A stretch of 64,000 nt of DNA from Lama glama (lineage: Eukaryota): NCBI GenBank assembly GCA_028534125.1, contig CM052816.1, forward strand, positions 13,084,001 through 13,148,000, given 5' to 3'. Below are positions 13,611 through 24,986 of the stretch, piece by piece. How positions within the stretch are numbered: the first letter of the stretch is position 1; the number at the start of each line of letters is the position of its first letter. Below the pieces are notes generated by a model, which made no database searches, was not told where the DNA came from, and was given only the letters and a program-made list of their open reading frames with translations. The position numbers were made by a program, and so were the translations under genes.

Positions 13611-14111
13611 TGTCTCCTATTCTATTATCCTCTGTTTTCACTTTTTACATTGTGATCATCTTCTATGATTAACACTTTTATATTTGATTCTACACCCAGT
13701 CCCTTGTGTGTGACGCATTGAGACCCTGATTCCATGACTTTGTCACTGTCATGTGAGTAAAAAGATTCTGATTTTTCTCTTTAAATGGAAAGGGCTTTCC
13801 AGCCCCATCTCTCCAGGCCCATCCTGGGGCATCATTCCTGTTTCATAGCGCTGTAAGGAAATTAGCAAGGGGCACTGAAAATCAGGGCTAAAACTGCAAT
13901 CTATTGTCTCTGCAGATTCCAGAGTTTGTAGGTCAAGCGCTTTTGCAGGGGCAGAGCAGGTAAGAGCACGAGTTTTGGGCTCAGACCGCCTGGTTTCTGT
14001 TGTGGGGCCAGGATATACTGGGCCTGTACTTTGTCGTCTGTAACACTGGCATTACTGCTTTAATCATTGTTGTTTTTGATGGTGTTGTTCCCAAAATAGT
14101 TGACCAGGTGG

Positions 14112-14607
14112 TATGGTAGGCAGCATGATGACTCCCCAAAGATGTCCACAACCTGATTCCCAAACCTGTGAACATGCTACTTTCCATGGCAAAAAAGGGT
14201 CTTTGCAGATATGATGTAGGTTACAGACCTTGAGGTGGAAAAATTATCCTGGATTATCTGGGCTTCCCAATGTCATCTTAAAAGTTGAGGAGGAGGAAGA
14301 GTCAAACAGAAGAGAGCAGAAAGACACAAAGTGTGAGAGGAACTCACCCTACTGTTGCTGACTTTGAAAATGAAGAGGCAATGAGCCAAGGAATACAGAA
14401 GGCTTCTAAGAGCTGAGAACACAAAGCCAGTCAGAAAACCAGCAAGGAAACAGGACCTCAGTCCTACAGCCATTCAGAGCTGAACGCTGCTGACAACCAG
14501 AACCTAGACCCCAGGGAGACCAACACCTTCATTTAGACCTCCTGCGACTCACGGCCAAGCCCACTGGACTTCTGATCTATACAATTGTGAGATAGTAAAT
14601 GCACGTG
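14112..14607 (+). mobile_element. MaLR solo LTR (MLT1D-like)
   Basis: 'ccccaaagatgtccacaacctgattccc...ctttgcagatatgat...ttatcctggattatctggg...tgagccaaggaat...ggacttctgatct'. Confidence 0.85.
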
Positions 14608-14919
14608 CCAATGACTAGGAACATGGAGGACAACCAGGGGGCTGTTTGTTACTCAGATACCTCATACACTCCTGCAGAAAGGCTTTCAAGTGGGACGATG
14701 TAACTGGAACTAACACGCCTGCTTCATGTTACACACCATCCTAGGACCGCCACGTACATCATCTCCTGTGAAACACAGGGACTAGGGCACAGAGATGGTA
14801 AGCCCTCTACCATAAGGGTAGAAGGTCGAGAGCTGGACAGTGAAGGAGAAAGAAAATCGTCCCAGAAATCATGGCCAGGGTTATTCGATTTCATAATTGT
14901 GGTAGTTTTCACTGCATAC

Positions 14920-16160
14920 ATTATTTTTATTATTAAAAAATCAAAGACATAGAACAGGGAATAATATGAAATATATCAATTTGCCCATCATCCAGATTTC
15001 GCAAGTGGAAGCCCTTTTGCCATGTTTGACTCAGATCTTTCCTTTTTATGATAAAAACAAAAATATCCCAGTTAGGCTGTGGTCCTCCCCATACCTGGCC
15101 AGCTCTCATCCCCTCCTCTTCCTCAGATTTAACTGCTATTCCTAAGTGGTGGGAATCATCCTCTCTGTCCGGGTGTCCATACTTGCACTACGTCTGCACA
15201 CACCTACGCAACATAGTATATTGTTAGTGTGTCAGCCTTATACAGACAGTAACACGCTGTACCTTTCAGCCCTCAATGTGCCTTTTCTGCTCTGTTTTCA
15301 GTGTTTATCTACATCGTTAAATATAGATCTAAATTATTTGTTTTAACTGCTGAATAGCATTCTATTGAACAAATAAGCTACAATTTACCTATATATTGAT
15401 AGACACTGAGCATGTTTCCAAATTTTAGCTACTACAAAAACTGTTATACGGGAGAAGGGTATATAGCTCGGTGGTAGAGCACATGCTTAGCACGCACAAG
15501 GTCTGGGTTCAATCCCCAGTACCTCCGTTTAAAAATAAATAAATAAATCTAATTACTCCCCCCCCCCAAAATTGCCATAATGAGCTCTCCTGTCCATGTA
15601 TTATTGCGCTCATGTGAACTTTGTATATAAATAACTTACATCTAGGAGAGAATTCAGGCCACACAGCTCGGCACATCTGTGCAGCTCCACCCTCTCTTGA
15701 CACTGCCAAATTGCTCTCCAAGTTGCTTGCACCAATTTACACACCCACCTGCAGCATATCAGAATTTCCCCACATCCTCACCAGCAATAATGAGTGTCAG
15801 ACTTTTGAGACACTTCCCTGACACATGTGACATTGTCCTTTTAATTATAGGGTCTTAATTACATCTTTCCACATCTTAACTGGCCGGTTTCTCTCTTCTG
15901 GAAATCACTTGTTTATACCTTTTGTCCATTTTTTAAAATTGGAAGATTGAGCTTTTTCTGGTTCATTTGTAATTCATTATAGAATCTAGAAACACATTCT
16001 TCGCTCATTATAAGAATTGCAAATATCTTCTCCCAGTTGACTGCTTACTTATGTAACTGCATTTGGGGTGCCTTTTAAAAATAATGTAGAAACTGATTTA
16101 ACACAGTCAAGTATATCGATCTTTTCTTTTTGTGGCGTGTGCTTTCTGGGTCTTGTCTGA
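14920..16160 (-). mobile_element. old L1M(E) 3' fragment, interrupted by a SINE
   Basis: 'tgtttccaaattttagctact...actgccaaattgctctccaag...caatttacacacccac...tgcaaatatcttctcccagt'. Confidence 0.65.
15450..15571 (+). mobile_element. tRNA-derived SINE, camelid Vic-1-like
   Basis: Pol III A box 'tagctcggtggtagagc', B box 'gggttcaatccc', tail 'aaataaataaatctaattactccccccc-aaaa'; decayed TSD aaaactgttata / aaaattgccata. Confidence 0.85.
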
Positions 16161-17277
16161 GAAACCCTCTCTACCCTGAGATGGTTCTTAGAGGTGATTT
16201 AGAGGCCACCAAGGAAGGAAGGAGGATGAGTAGGAGCCACATTTGTAAGCTTTTCTGTCTCTGCTCCACTCAGAATAGCACCTCGTATGTCTGTTTTATA
16301 TTTGGACTCTTGCATAGCTTTGCATTGAAGGAGTTGTCTTGCTGTTTAAAAAAAATCTAAACTTTGAATATTGTTGTATTTGCACTGAGATTCCTATCCA
16401 CCGAGACAAAAGGAGAGAGATGATGAGTAACATTACTCACAGGAGAGGGAAACTCTCAGCTCTAAGTCCTAGGCACGATGTGTCACGTGGCCCCTCGTGT
16501 CAAGGAGGGACCCAGGGAGCAGTCATGTAAATAGAGTCTCGGAAGTTTCAGAAAGATCCTCATATGGCCTTGCTTATGCAACTAGATGGAGACGAGGGAT
16601 TCAGCTCAGGATCCAGCGTCCTCTCGAGCCTCTATTGAAACAAGAAAGCGTGTGTGTTCTGGCCATGTTCCAAGTCATAAATCTACTGTGACTTCCACCC
16701 AAGAGCTCTGATTGGTACCATAGAATCTGGTGAATCATAGGGTCTCGTAGAGGGAGCAATTCTCTCCTCATCAGGTGTTCATTCTAGTTTTCAGCCTCTT
16801 CTCTTTGTCTTCTCTCTGGTAGGCATAAGAGGGTTTATTACTTAGTGAACTCAGGTCCTTTATATTTTGAAGGATGTGCGTATTCGGCAGCCTGCAAAGG
16901 TGAAATAAACAAACACACATCACCGCCACCTTTTAATTGATAAAACCGTTCCCATCCACACCTCCATGTCTGCAAATGTATTGCCTTTCACCAGATGGGG
17001 AGATCTAGCTGATTCTTTAGCGTGGTGACGGCTGGATGGCTCAGATTAGCTGGAATAGCTCCCTTGGAAACACATATTTTCAGGGATAAGTATCTATCCC
17101 TAGCAAAAGTGCAAAGGCAAAAGAATAGAACGTTTTACTTTTATTATTAACTTGGCTTTTTCTTTGACTCTTTTGCTCCTCCCCCAAATACTTATATTTT
17201 CCCCTTTTCTCTTTGTGGTTTGTGTTATGGTCTCATTTTACATTCTCTCGGCTAGAGCTCCTTGGTTTTGCTTCGCT

Positions 17278-17322
17278 TCTTTTTCTTTCTTTCTTTCTTT
17301 CTTTCTTTCTTTTTTTTTTTTT
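17278..17322. repeat. (TTTC)n/poly-T microsatellite
   Basis: Direct repeats. Confidence 0.9.
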
Positions 17323-17894
17323 CATGTAACCTACTTAAGTTTAAAATGATCTGTTTTCTTAAACAGGATTAGCACACATGATAATATGTTTCCTGGCATT
17401 CCGCCAGTGTCCTGTCAACCCAGCTCTCTGGATTTAAGGCTTGTTTCTTCAGGAATGTGCAGAACTGTTCTGAATAAAGATAAAGAAAAGAATTCAAAGT
17501 TTTTCTCCCAAGAAAGGCATGCAGAGTGAGTTTTCGTACCTATACAGTAAAGGGGATGAGGAAAGCTTGTCCTCTGAGCAGTAAAAATATAAAATTAAAT
17601 ATTACTCGGCCAGATTCTTCTACCCCCACCCTCCTGGAGGAGGCATCAGTGGAACTTCCACTGTTTGTCAATCTGGGGACATTTCTTCAATAAGTTTTCA
17701 TTTCACGGGGCTGGGAACTGAATCATGTAGGAAGAGCACACCGGTTCCTCCCCAGATTGTGAAAGGTCTCTAGGTCCAGCTCTGAACCACTGCATGGTCA
17801 ACACACACACAGTCTCGGTGTTCACTCAGAAAGCATCCCGTGTCTCAACTTCTCTGCCCTTCAAAGTACAAAGGAACTAGAGTTCACTCACAGC

Positions 17895-18372
17895 CGTCAA
17901 AGTCCTGGCAGACAGAAAACAGAATTCCACTCAGAGGGTTTAATTGAAGAGACTTTAATAAAGGAAGTATTTATAGGGTAAATGGAGCCAACAAAGGATG
18001 TTGCAGCTTCAGGGACCAACAAGAGCAAGAAGACATATCCACCCCTGAAGCTGAAAAGAAGGGGTGTTGTGGGAGCCCTGTAGAGCTGAGGCTGGCAGAA
18101 GAGGGCTGCCTGGCAGGAGCTGGGGCCGCAGAGGAGGGTGACCAGAAGACAGTGAGGAGAATAAGGAAGAACAGGGACAAGATGTGCCAGCCCCTCTCTC
18201 TTCCTGCCTCTCCTCTTCGGCGTCCATGAACCAAACCCAGCCACCCAAGCCTGCAGGCAAGGGAGCCCGATGGAGCAGTCCACGCACCAGCCTCCTGAGG
18301 CACAGAAAGGGAGGAGGAGCAGATGTCAGAGAAGAAAAGGTTGCAGTCAGCAAATGGAAAATAACCAGCACT
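17895..18372 (-). mobile_element. ERVL solo LTR (LTR33-like)
   Basis: 'gtcctggcag...aaacagaattccactcaga...ttaattgaagagactttaataaaggaagtattta...aaatggaaaataaccagcac'. Confidence 0.7.
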
Positions 18373-18689
18373 GAGGTTAAGAGTGAGCAGGTTTGAATTT
18401 TGCTCAAGACCATCTTTTTAAGGACAATCTGATTCAGTTCATGAGACTTTGGGTGGGGTAGTGAGTGCCATAATTTATTGTGAGAAGGGATTCTGGTTTC
18501 CTGAGTGATCTGGCTTTGCTAAGATATGTGAGCTGAGAACCCTTTATCTGAATTCTACTGACCTGATGGAGTGATAAAATGTTTCAGCTGGAGGGATCAT
18601 CTAACCCAACCACTGCTCTCCAGAGACGAGAAAGATGAAACATGTAACGTTCCTTCCTTCCTTCTTTCCTTCCTCCATAAGAAGACAGA

Positions 18690-19985
18690 TATTTATTTTG
18701 ATTGCCGACTGTACACATGCTCTTCAACAGTGAACAAGACAAAATCCTGTTCTCAGGGAGCTTACATTCTAGGATGGGGAGAGAAGCAATAAATAAAATA
18801 ATTAAGTACATGCCAGGTCAGAAGGGGATATGCGCTAGGAAGAAAAATAAGACATGATAAAGAGTAAGAGAGTAAAGGAGGACAAGGGATGGGGTTCCTC
18901 CCTTGGAGGGCAGATGTGGAAGACCTCTTTGGCACCATCTGAGCAGCAACGTGAAGGGCATAAGGGATGAGCCATGTGGTATCAGGGAAGAGCATTCCAG
19001 GCAGAAGGAACAGGCAAGATGGAGCCCTGAGCAGGGGCGTCCTTGGTGCAGAGCTCAGGGAGAAGGCATCTGTTGCTACTGTCTTTGTCTGGGCTGCTCC
19101 ATCAGGGCCCCCTTACCTGTGAGCTTAGGTGGTTGGGTTTGGTTTGTGGACACAAGAGAGGAGAGGCAAGAAGAAAGAAGAGCTGTCCCTCCTTATTCTC
19201 CTCACCATCTTCTGGCCACCCTCCTCTGTGGCCCCAGCTCCTGCCAGGCAGCCCTCTCCTGCCAGCCCCACCTCTCCTGGGAAGATGAGGCTGTGAGCCA
19301 GGGCAGAGGAATCTTGCAGGCTGCTTGGAACTTTATGTCATTCTCAGGGGGACGGGAAGCCATTGGAACCTACTGAGCAGGGCAGGGACATGATCTGACT
19401 GACGTTTTAGTGAGACCCCTCCGGCTGCTGTGTGAGAGCAGAATGAAGAAGGGCAAGCACAGAAGCCAGGAGACCAGTGAGGAAGCTGTTGCAATAACAC
19501 GGGGGAGGTAGGATGATGGCTGGGACCAGAGCGGAAGTGGTGGAGCTGATAAAAGTGGCTGGATTCTGGGTTTGAACAGAGCACCCACAAGATTTACTGA
19601 TATAGGAGACAAATGGTGGTAAGACACAGGAGTCAAAGGTGACACCAAGCTTTTTGGCTTGAGCATCAGGAAAAGTGGGGCTGACGTTGCCGAGCTGGGA
19701 GAGAAGGTTTGATGCAGTAGAGGGGGAGCAAAAGTTAGGTGATGGACTTGCAGAGTTTGAAAGGCCTATTAAGGGCTATGCCAAAAAAACCTATATATAC
19801 ACACATATACATATGTGTGCATATCTTTGTGTGTATGTGTATGAGTGTGAAGCTCAGGAGAGGAACTGAGACTTGAGGTATAAATTTTGGAGACAGTATT
19901 TAAAGTCAAGAGAGGATGAGGTCATCTGGAGAGTGAGTGTGGCTGTAAAGGAGAACAAAACTGAGCACTGAGCCCTGGAACATAC
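18690..19985 (-). mobile_element. L2 LINE interrupted by a ~190-bp inverted copy of the neighbouring LTR
   Basis: 'gtgaacaagacaaaatcctg...ggagcttacattctag...gaagagcattccaggcagaaggaacag...gaagcc...ggagaccagtgaggaagct...tttttggcttgagca'. Confidence 0.85.
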
Positions 19986-20029
19986 TAATAATAATATTGA
20001 CAAATTAAAATTCTTCTTATTATAACTAA

Positions 20030-20240
20030 CACTCATTCGTCTATCTACGTGCCAGGCACAGTGTTAAGTGCTTCACATGCATTATCCTGTTTAATTCTCG
20101 TAACACCTCTGTGCGAAATCTACTTGTATCCTGATTGCACAGAAAACAAAACTGAGGCTCAGAGGAATTACCCAGCCTGCCAAAGTCACACAGCTAGAAT
20201 GCGGCAAGGCTGGGAATCAGGCCCAGACAATTTGACTCCA
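20030..20240 (-). mobile_element. MIR SINE
   Basis: 'ctacgtgccaggcacagtgttaagtgctt...aaaactgaggctcagag...aagtcacacagctag'. Confidence 0.8.
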
Positions 20241-21159
20241 GACGAAGCAGCCAGCCCAAGCTGACAGAGCAAGTTCGTGACAGAAGACGTCTGATAAGCT
20301 TCTCTCTAGGCTACGCTGTGTCTGCTGATTAAGTTCTTTCACTTCCATGCAGTCACTCAAAGTGCAGAATCACAGTTGCACATAGGGCATCGTGATACCA
20401 AGCACTCCCCTAGGCCAACCCCAGCTTACACATCTGGCCTCATCTCTTCCCCGACAGCAGCCAAGGCTCTGAATCCTGTATCCTTAGTGTCTCTCTGATG
20501 CTCAGCCTAGGACCCGGCCCCAGAAGCTGCTCTGTTGTTGCGGACTGACCAAACGCAAGTCTACCACGACCTCTCGATGATGTGGCAGAGGGTGAGAAGG
20601 AAAGTCATATCCTCCTGGCTGAGGCTGTAAATGAGGGCTGAGAAGAAACGCACCTTTTGAAAGTCACACGAGACTGAGGACTTCCCCGTCATAGCAGTGA
20701 TACAATGCCTCATCCAGGATAGTTCATCACAACAGAGGACGTGACCTGGCAGGTGGTCAGCGTCCATTCTAGAGGCTATGTTTGGAATTGACCTCCCTTG
20801 GGGTGTGGCTGTCCTGGCCCCAATCAGGGCTTCTCTTGAGGACGGCGTTTTGCTGTGTTTTGTACCTTAGCAAGCAGTACAGATAGCATGGCTCTGGCTG
20901 TCCACCACCAGCCTTCAGAGATGTGGGCGAACCTTAATTGGAACTTTTCAAAGAGCTATTTGGATAAACAGACTGTCAGTCCTCAGTTATAAATAAACTG
21001 CTATCAGCCATCTGAAAAAGACAAAATGATAGCAATGTACCCAAATACAAAGGGACTCGCACCTCAGAATGCCGAGCTTTGCAAAGACCCACTGTGTGAT
21101 CTGTAGCTTCCACCACCTCTGTTTCCCAAATTGATCGTAAGTCTGGTGTAAAGAAGATA

Positions 21160-21390
21160 GCCCAGGTTTTGGAGTCAGAGGGGCCTGGGTCTGAATCTAG
21201 TCCTGATGTTCTGTAGTGGTGAGCTCGAGCAAGGCATTTAATTCCTTAGCACCCAGCCATCCTTGTTCACAATGTGGGGACAGAAGGGGGGAAATTCCCA
21301 GTTCATAGAGTTGCTGTGATAATAGAAACCAAACAGATATGGAAAGTACCAATATAGGAGCTGAGACATAATGTATCTGGTAAATGGTAG
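21160..21390 (+). mobile_element. MIR SINE
   Basis: 'tttggagtcagaggggcctgggtctgaatc...agcaaggcatttaa'. Confidence 0.6.
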
Positions 21391-21396
21391 CTCTAG

Positions 21397-21697
21397 AGAT
21401 GATGGTGATGGTGGTGGCAGCTATGACGGTCAGGGCCATGATGTTGACCGTGGTAATGGTAGTCATGATGATGATGATAATGGTAATGACGGTGGTGGTG
21501 ACAGTTATGATGGTGGAGGTGATGATGATGACAATGACAGTTAAGATGATAAAAATGATGGTGACAATTATGGTGGTGGAGGTGATGATGTTGATAGTGA
21601 TCATGGTGGTGGTGATAATGATGATGATGGTGACAGTTATGGTGGCGGAGATGACAATGTTGACAGTAGTAATGGCAGTGATGATGATGGTGGTGGT
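21397..21697. repeat. degenerate (GAT/GGT)n trinucleotide tract
   Basis: About 300 bp of gat/ggt/gac triplets. Confidence 0.95.
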
Positions 21698-21859
21698 AAA
21701 CATTATTATCCAGCATTTGAGAACCTGGGCTGGGCCCATGACTCTGAAAGTTATAAACCAGAAGTGTGAGAGAGAATTTCTGCCTTAAAGAAGAATGTTT
21801 GGTGAGATTAAACAAAAATGCCTGAAAAATGAACTACTCAATAGTTTGTTATCAACAAT

Positions 21860-22115
21860 GAGACTATTTAATGTTTATTCAGTGTTCACTTACGCTAGGC
21901 ATGGCATCTAGTAGTTTATATGTATTTCATTTAATTCTTAACAATATCCCTTTGAAGAACCAAGTATAATTACCTCCATGTCAAATTAGAAACCCAAGGC
22001 TCAGAAAAGTTCACTGTCTGATCTGAGGTCACACAGCCAGGAAGAGATAAAACAGGAATTCAAGCCCAAGGCTGTCCAACTCCAGAGCCCAAGTTCAAAA
22101 CCACCGCATCATACT
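21860..22115 (-). mobile_element. MIR SINE
   Basis: 'atttcatttaattcttaacaa...gaaacccaaggctcagaaaagtt...aggtcacacagcca...gaattcaagcccaagg'. Confidence 0.75.
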
Positions 22116-22719
22116 GCCCGTGTCCCAAACAGGTGGGCAGTAACTCTTCTAGGACAGAAGGGGTCAGGGTGCTCCAAAATAGTGAGGCATACACAGAGCT
22201 TATAGTGATGGTTCTTAAGAGAAATTCACACAAATAAATCAAAGTATGTTTGTGATAAACATGAAGGTTTAAACTAGAGATCACAAACAAAATCAGAAAG
22301 ATATTGTCTTGACCCCACACAATATTTCTAACATTTAAAACCAGGAGATTTCACTTTTAAAATCCAGATTTCTTGCTTTTCTTAAAAAATTGGATCTAGA
22401 AAAACTGGATCATGTTCCAGACTGGCTTCAACTGGAGCAGCTGCCACCTTTCGCTCAGGCGTTTGTTCTTGAGCCTCTCCAATGCCCCAGACTCCCTGTT
22501 TCTTTTGCCTGAAAACTTCCCCTGTTTGCACACCTGTCCTGGCCCTGTGAGCCTGTGAAGAGTGCCCTGCTCTTGAGGCTCACATACAGAACAAGGACGC
22601 AGTGCAGGTCATAGTCAGCAAAGCAGAGGTCCTTGCCAAGCAAATGCCAAAGCTGAAGAGAAGAGAGGAGGACCTGACCTCTGATGGACCAGCCATCTCC
22701 ACTCCGGGAGGATGGTCCT

Positions 22720-22733
22720 GTTGCCATAGCAAC
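22720..22733. promoter_or_regulatory. RFX X-box motif
   Basis: GTTGCCATAGCAAC, one mismatch from the palindromic optimum GTTGCCATGGCAAC and conforming to GTNRCC-N0-3-RGYAAC. Confidence 0.6.
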
Positions 22734-24769
22734 CAGAGTTCGCTCTGATCAGCTCTACCATGGACCACGGGCTCCTGATCACCCTGTCCTTCCTGCCCTC
22801 CTTGCTGGCTGATGATCATTAATACCCTCCTCTCCCTTTCACACCAACATTCTTTCTCTCCTCTGTTGAGACCCATTGTTTTTCCTGTGGTCTTTCTACC
22901 AAGGGGTTTCAAAAGCTTTTCTTTTTTTTTTTTTTCCCTTGTTTTCACTTTTCCACCACAAGTAGTTTCCCAAGTTCATGAGAGATGAAGACCCTCGCAA
23001 GCCAACAAAAGAATATAAGACCTCCTTTTAAGCCTTTCATTGAAAAGAGACATGTGTAAATAAAAACAGAGATAAGGAACCAACTAGTTTGTATAGCAGA
23101 CGCATTTACTATCTTGTTTGATCTTCACCGCTGCCCAGTGAGGTGGGCAGTGGAAGATCTGTGTTTATTTTTCAGCTACTACAGCTTGGCAGTAAAGTAG
23201 TCTTAAAGGTTGAGGGGTCTGGAGGCAGGAGAATGTGGGTCCGTGCCCAGTCCCGGTCTAGATGAGTCGGCACAGGCGTAACTCAGCTCCTGCCTCGCCA
23301 GTTCATTTACCCTCATCTCGGACCTTTGCTCTGGGAGAACTGAAACTGAAATGTGAAGACTGAGGACCTGCGAGTTGCACTGCCCCGCCTCCCATCTTTC
23401 CTTCCTTCTATGAATGTGCCAGGCTCTGTGCTGACCTCAGGCCACACAAGAGAGTCCAGTGAATCATGCTAAGAAAGCAAGTCTGGTAAATCTTGCCAAG
23501 AGAGGATAGCGCTAATGCTACAAGAATACCATCTTATATTTATTGGCTTTTTACGATTTTTGAAGTCATTTTGGAGCAACCCCAAATGCTGAGTGTGTAC
23601 CCATTTTACAGATGGAACTTAGGTTCTGAAAAGCTCAGTGACGTATAGCTAGTAAGCTGGAGAGCTGGGACTCAAACCCAGGTCTTAATACTTTGGGATC
23701 AAAGCTCTTTTCACAATTGATAACATTAGCACCTAACAGTGCCTAGCACACAGTAGGTACTTGAGAAATACTTGCCAAACGAAAATTAACATCACATCCA
23801 CTCTCAAAATGACTTGAAACATCTAACATCAACATGTCTCCTTTATGACCAGCGAAACAGGGCCTCTCAGGGATCTGTCAAACCTATTGCACAGCAAAAG
23901 CCAACAGTGCCTGAAATTAATCACTATGATTTTCACCTAAAGCAACATATGAAGCTAGAGAGAGAAAAACAAACACCTCTGCTAAGGCAGATAGCTGCAG
24001 GTAGAGCTTTTCCTTGGGTTTGTTGACATTCTTCCTTGCCCAAGGACAATCTGTTAAGAAGAAAATATTTTTCTTCAAACCGCATTCCAGACTCAAAGTC
24101 CAATATTGACGAATACGTAGCAGAGCCAATTGCTTAACCTCCCGATGCTCCCTTTCCCCAGGTGAGTCTCCAGGTCCTCCATGGGGAGTGTCCCAACAGC
24201 CTCCTCCTTGGTTTTCGTCCTTTCTGCAGTTGTTTGGTGGGAGACACATGGAGTGCAGTTTGGTAGGACAACTCTGGCTTCGTTGGGTTCACGTATCAGT
24301 ACAGAAACATGGGTGAGCGATTCAAGGGCCGCTTCTGTGGTTTGAACCTTCCCTGTTGGAGGCCTGGCTGTCCACACTCCCCATTTTGGACTGGTCAAAC
24401 GTCTACATCCTGATACGGCTCTCTAATCTCCAGCCCTCCTTGCAGAAGATCAGGCCAATGTCAGTTCTCACTCTGGAAAGGGCAACCTGGATTCTAGGAA
24501 GTCCCAGAGCAGCAGTCTAATTCACCAAGTTCACGGCCTCGTCTTCCTTCTCTACCAGTTGACCCTCCCCGCCTTTGTCCCACTCAGTCACCTCTCCATG
24601 GCTCTCAGACCTGATAGGCACATGGACTGGTGATAGAAGTAAATAGATAACAAGGGTCTGGATCCTGTAAAACAAAGGACGGGGTTCTGAAAGGAAATAA
24701 AACTCATACAGCTAACCCTCTGGCCCAGTGCCTTTTCTATTCTTGTCCCCTCCTCTCTCACTGTTTACA

Positions 24770-24960
24770 TCAGCCAGGGCCTCTCAGAATGTAATCTTTG
24801 GACCAGCAATATCAATACCATCTTGAATTGGTCAGAAATGCAGATTCTCAGTTCCCACCCTGGACCTACCGACTCTCTCTCTGGGTTGGGCCCAGTAAAC
24901 TATATTTCAGCCAGCCTGCCACGTGAATCTGATGGACACTCAAGTCTGAGAGCCACTGGC
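24770..24960. mobile_element. hAT-Charlie MITE (MER5A-like)
   Basis: 'ggaccagca...tcagaaatgcagattctcag...gacctac...tctgatggacactcaagtctgagagccactg'. Confidence 0.8.
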
Positions 24961-24986
24961 TTAAATAATTTCCTTCCTCCCATTGG

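Noticed and set aside
21197..21815. His-rich, Ile/Thr-rich and Met/Val-rich ORFs
   Set aside because: Translations of a trinucleotide repeat; no splice or promoter context.
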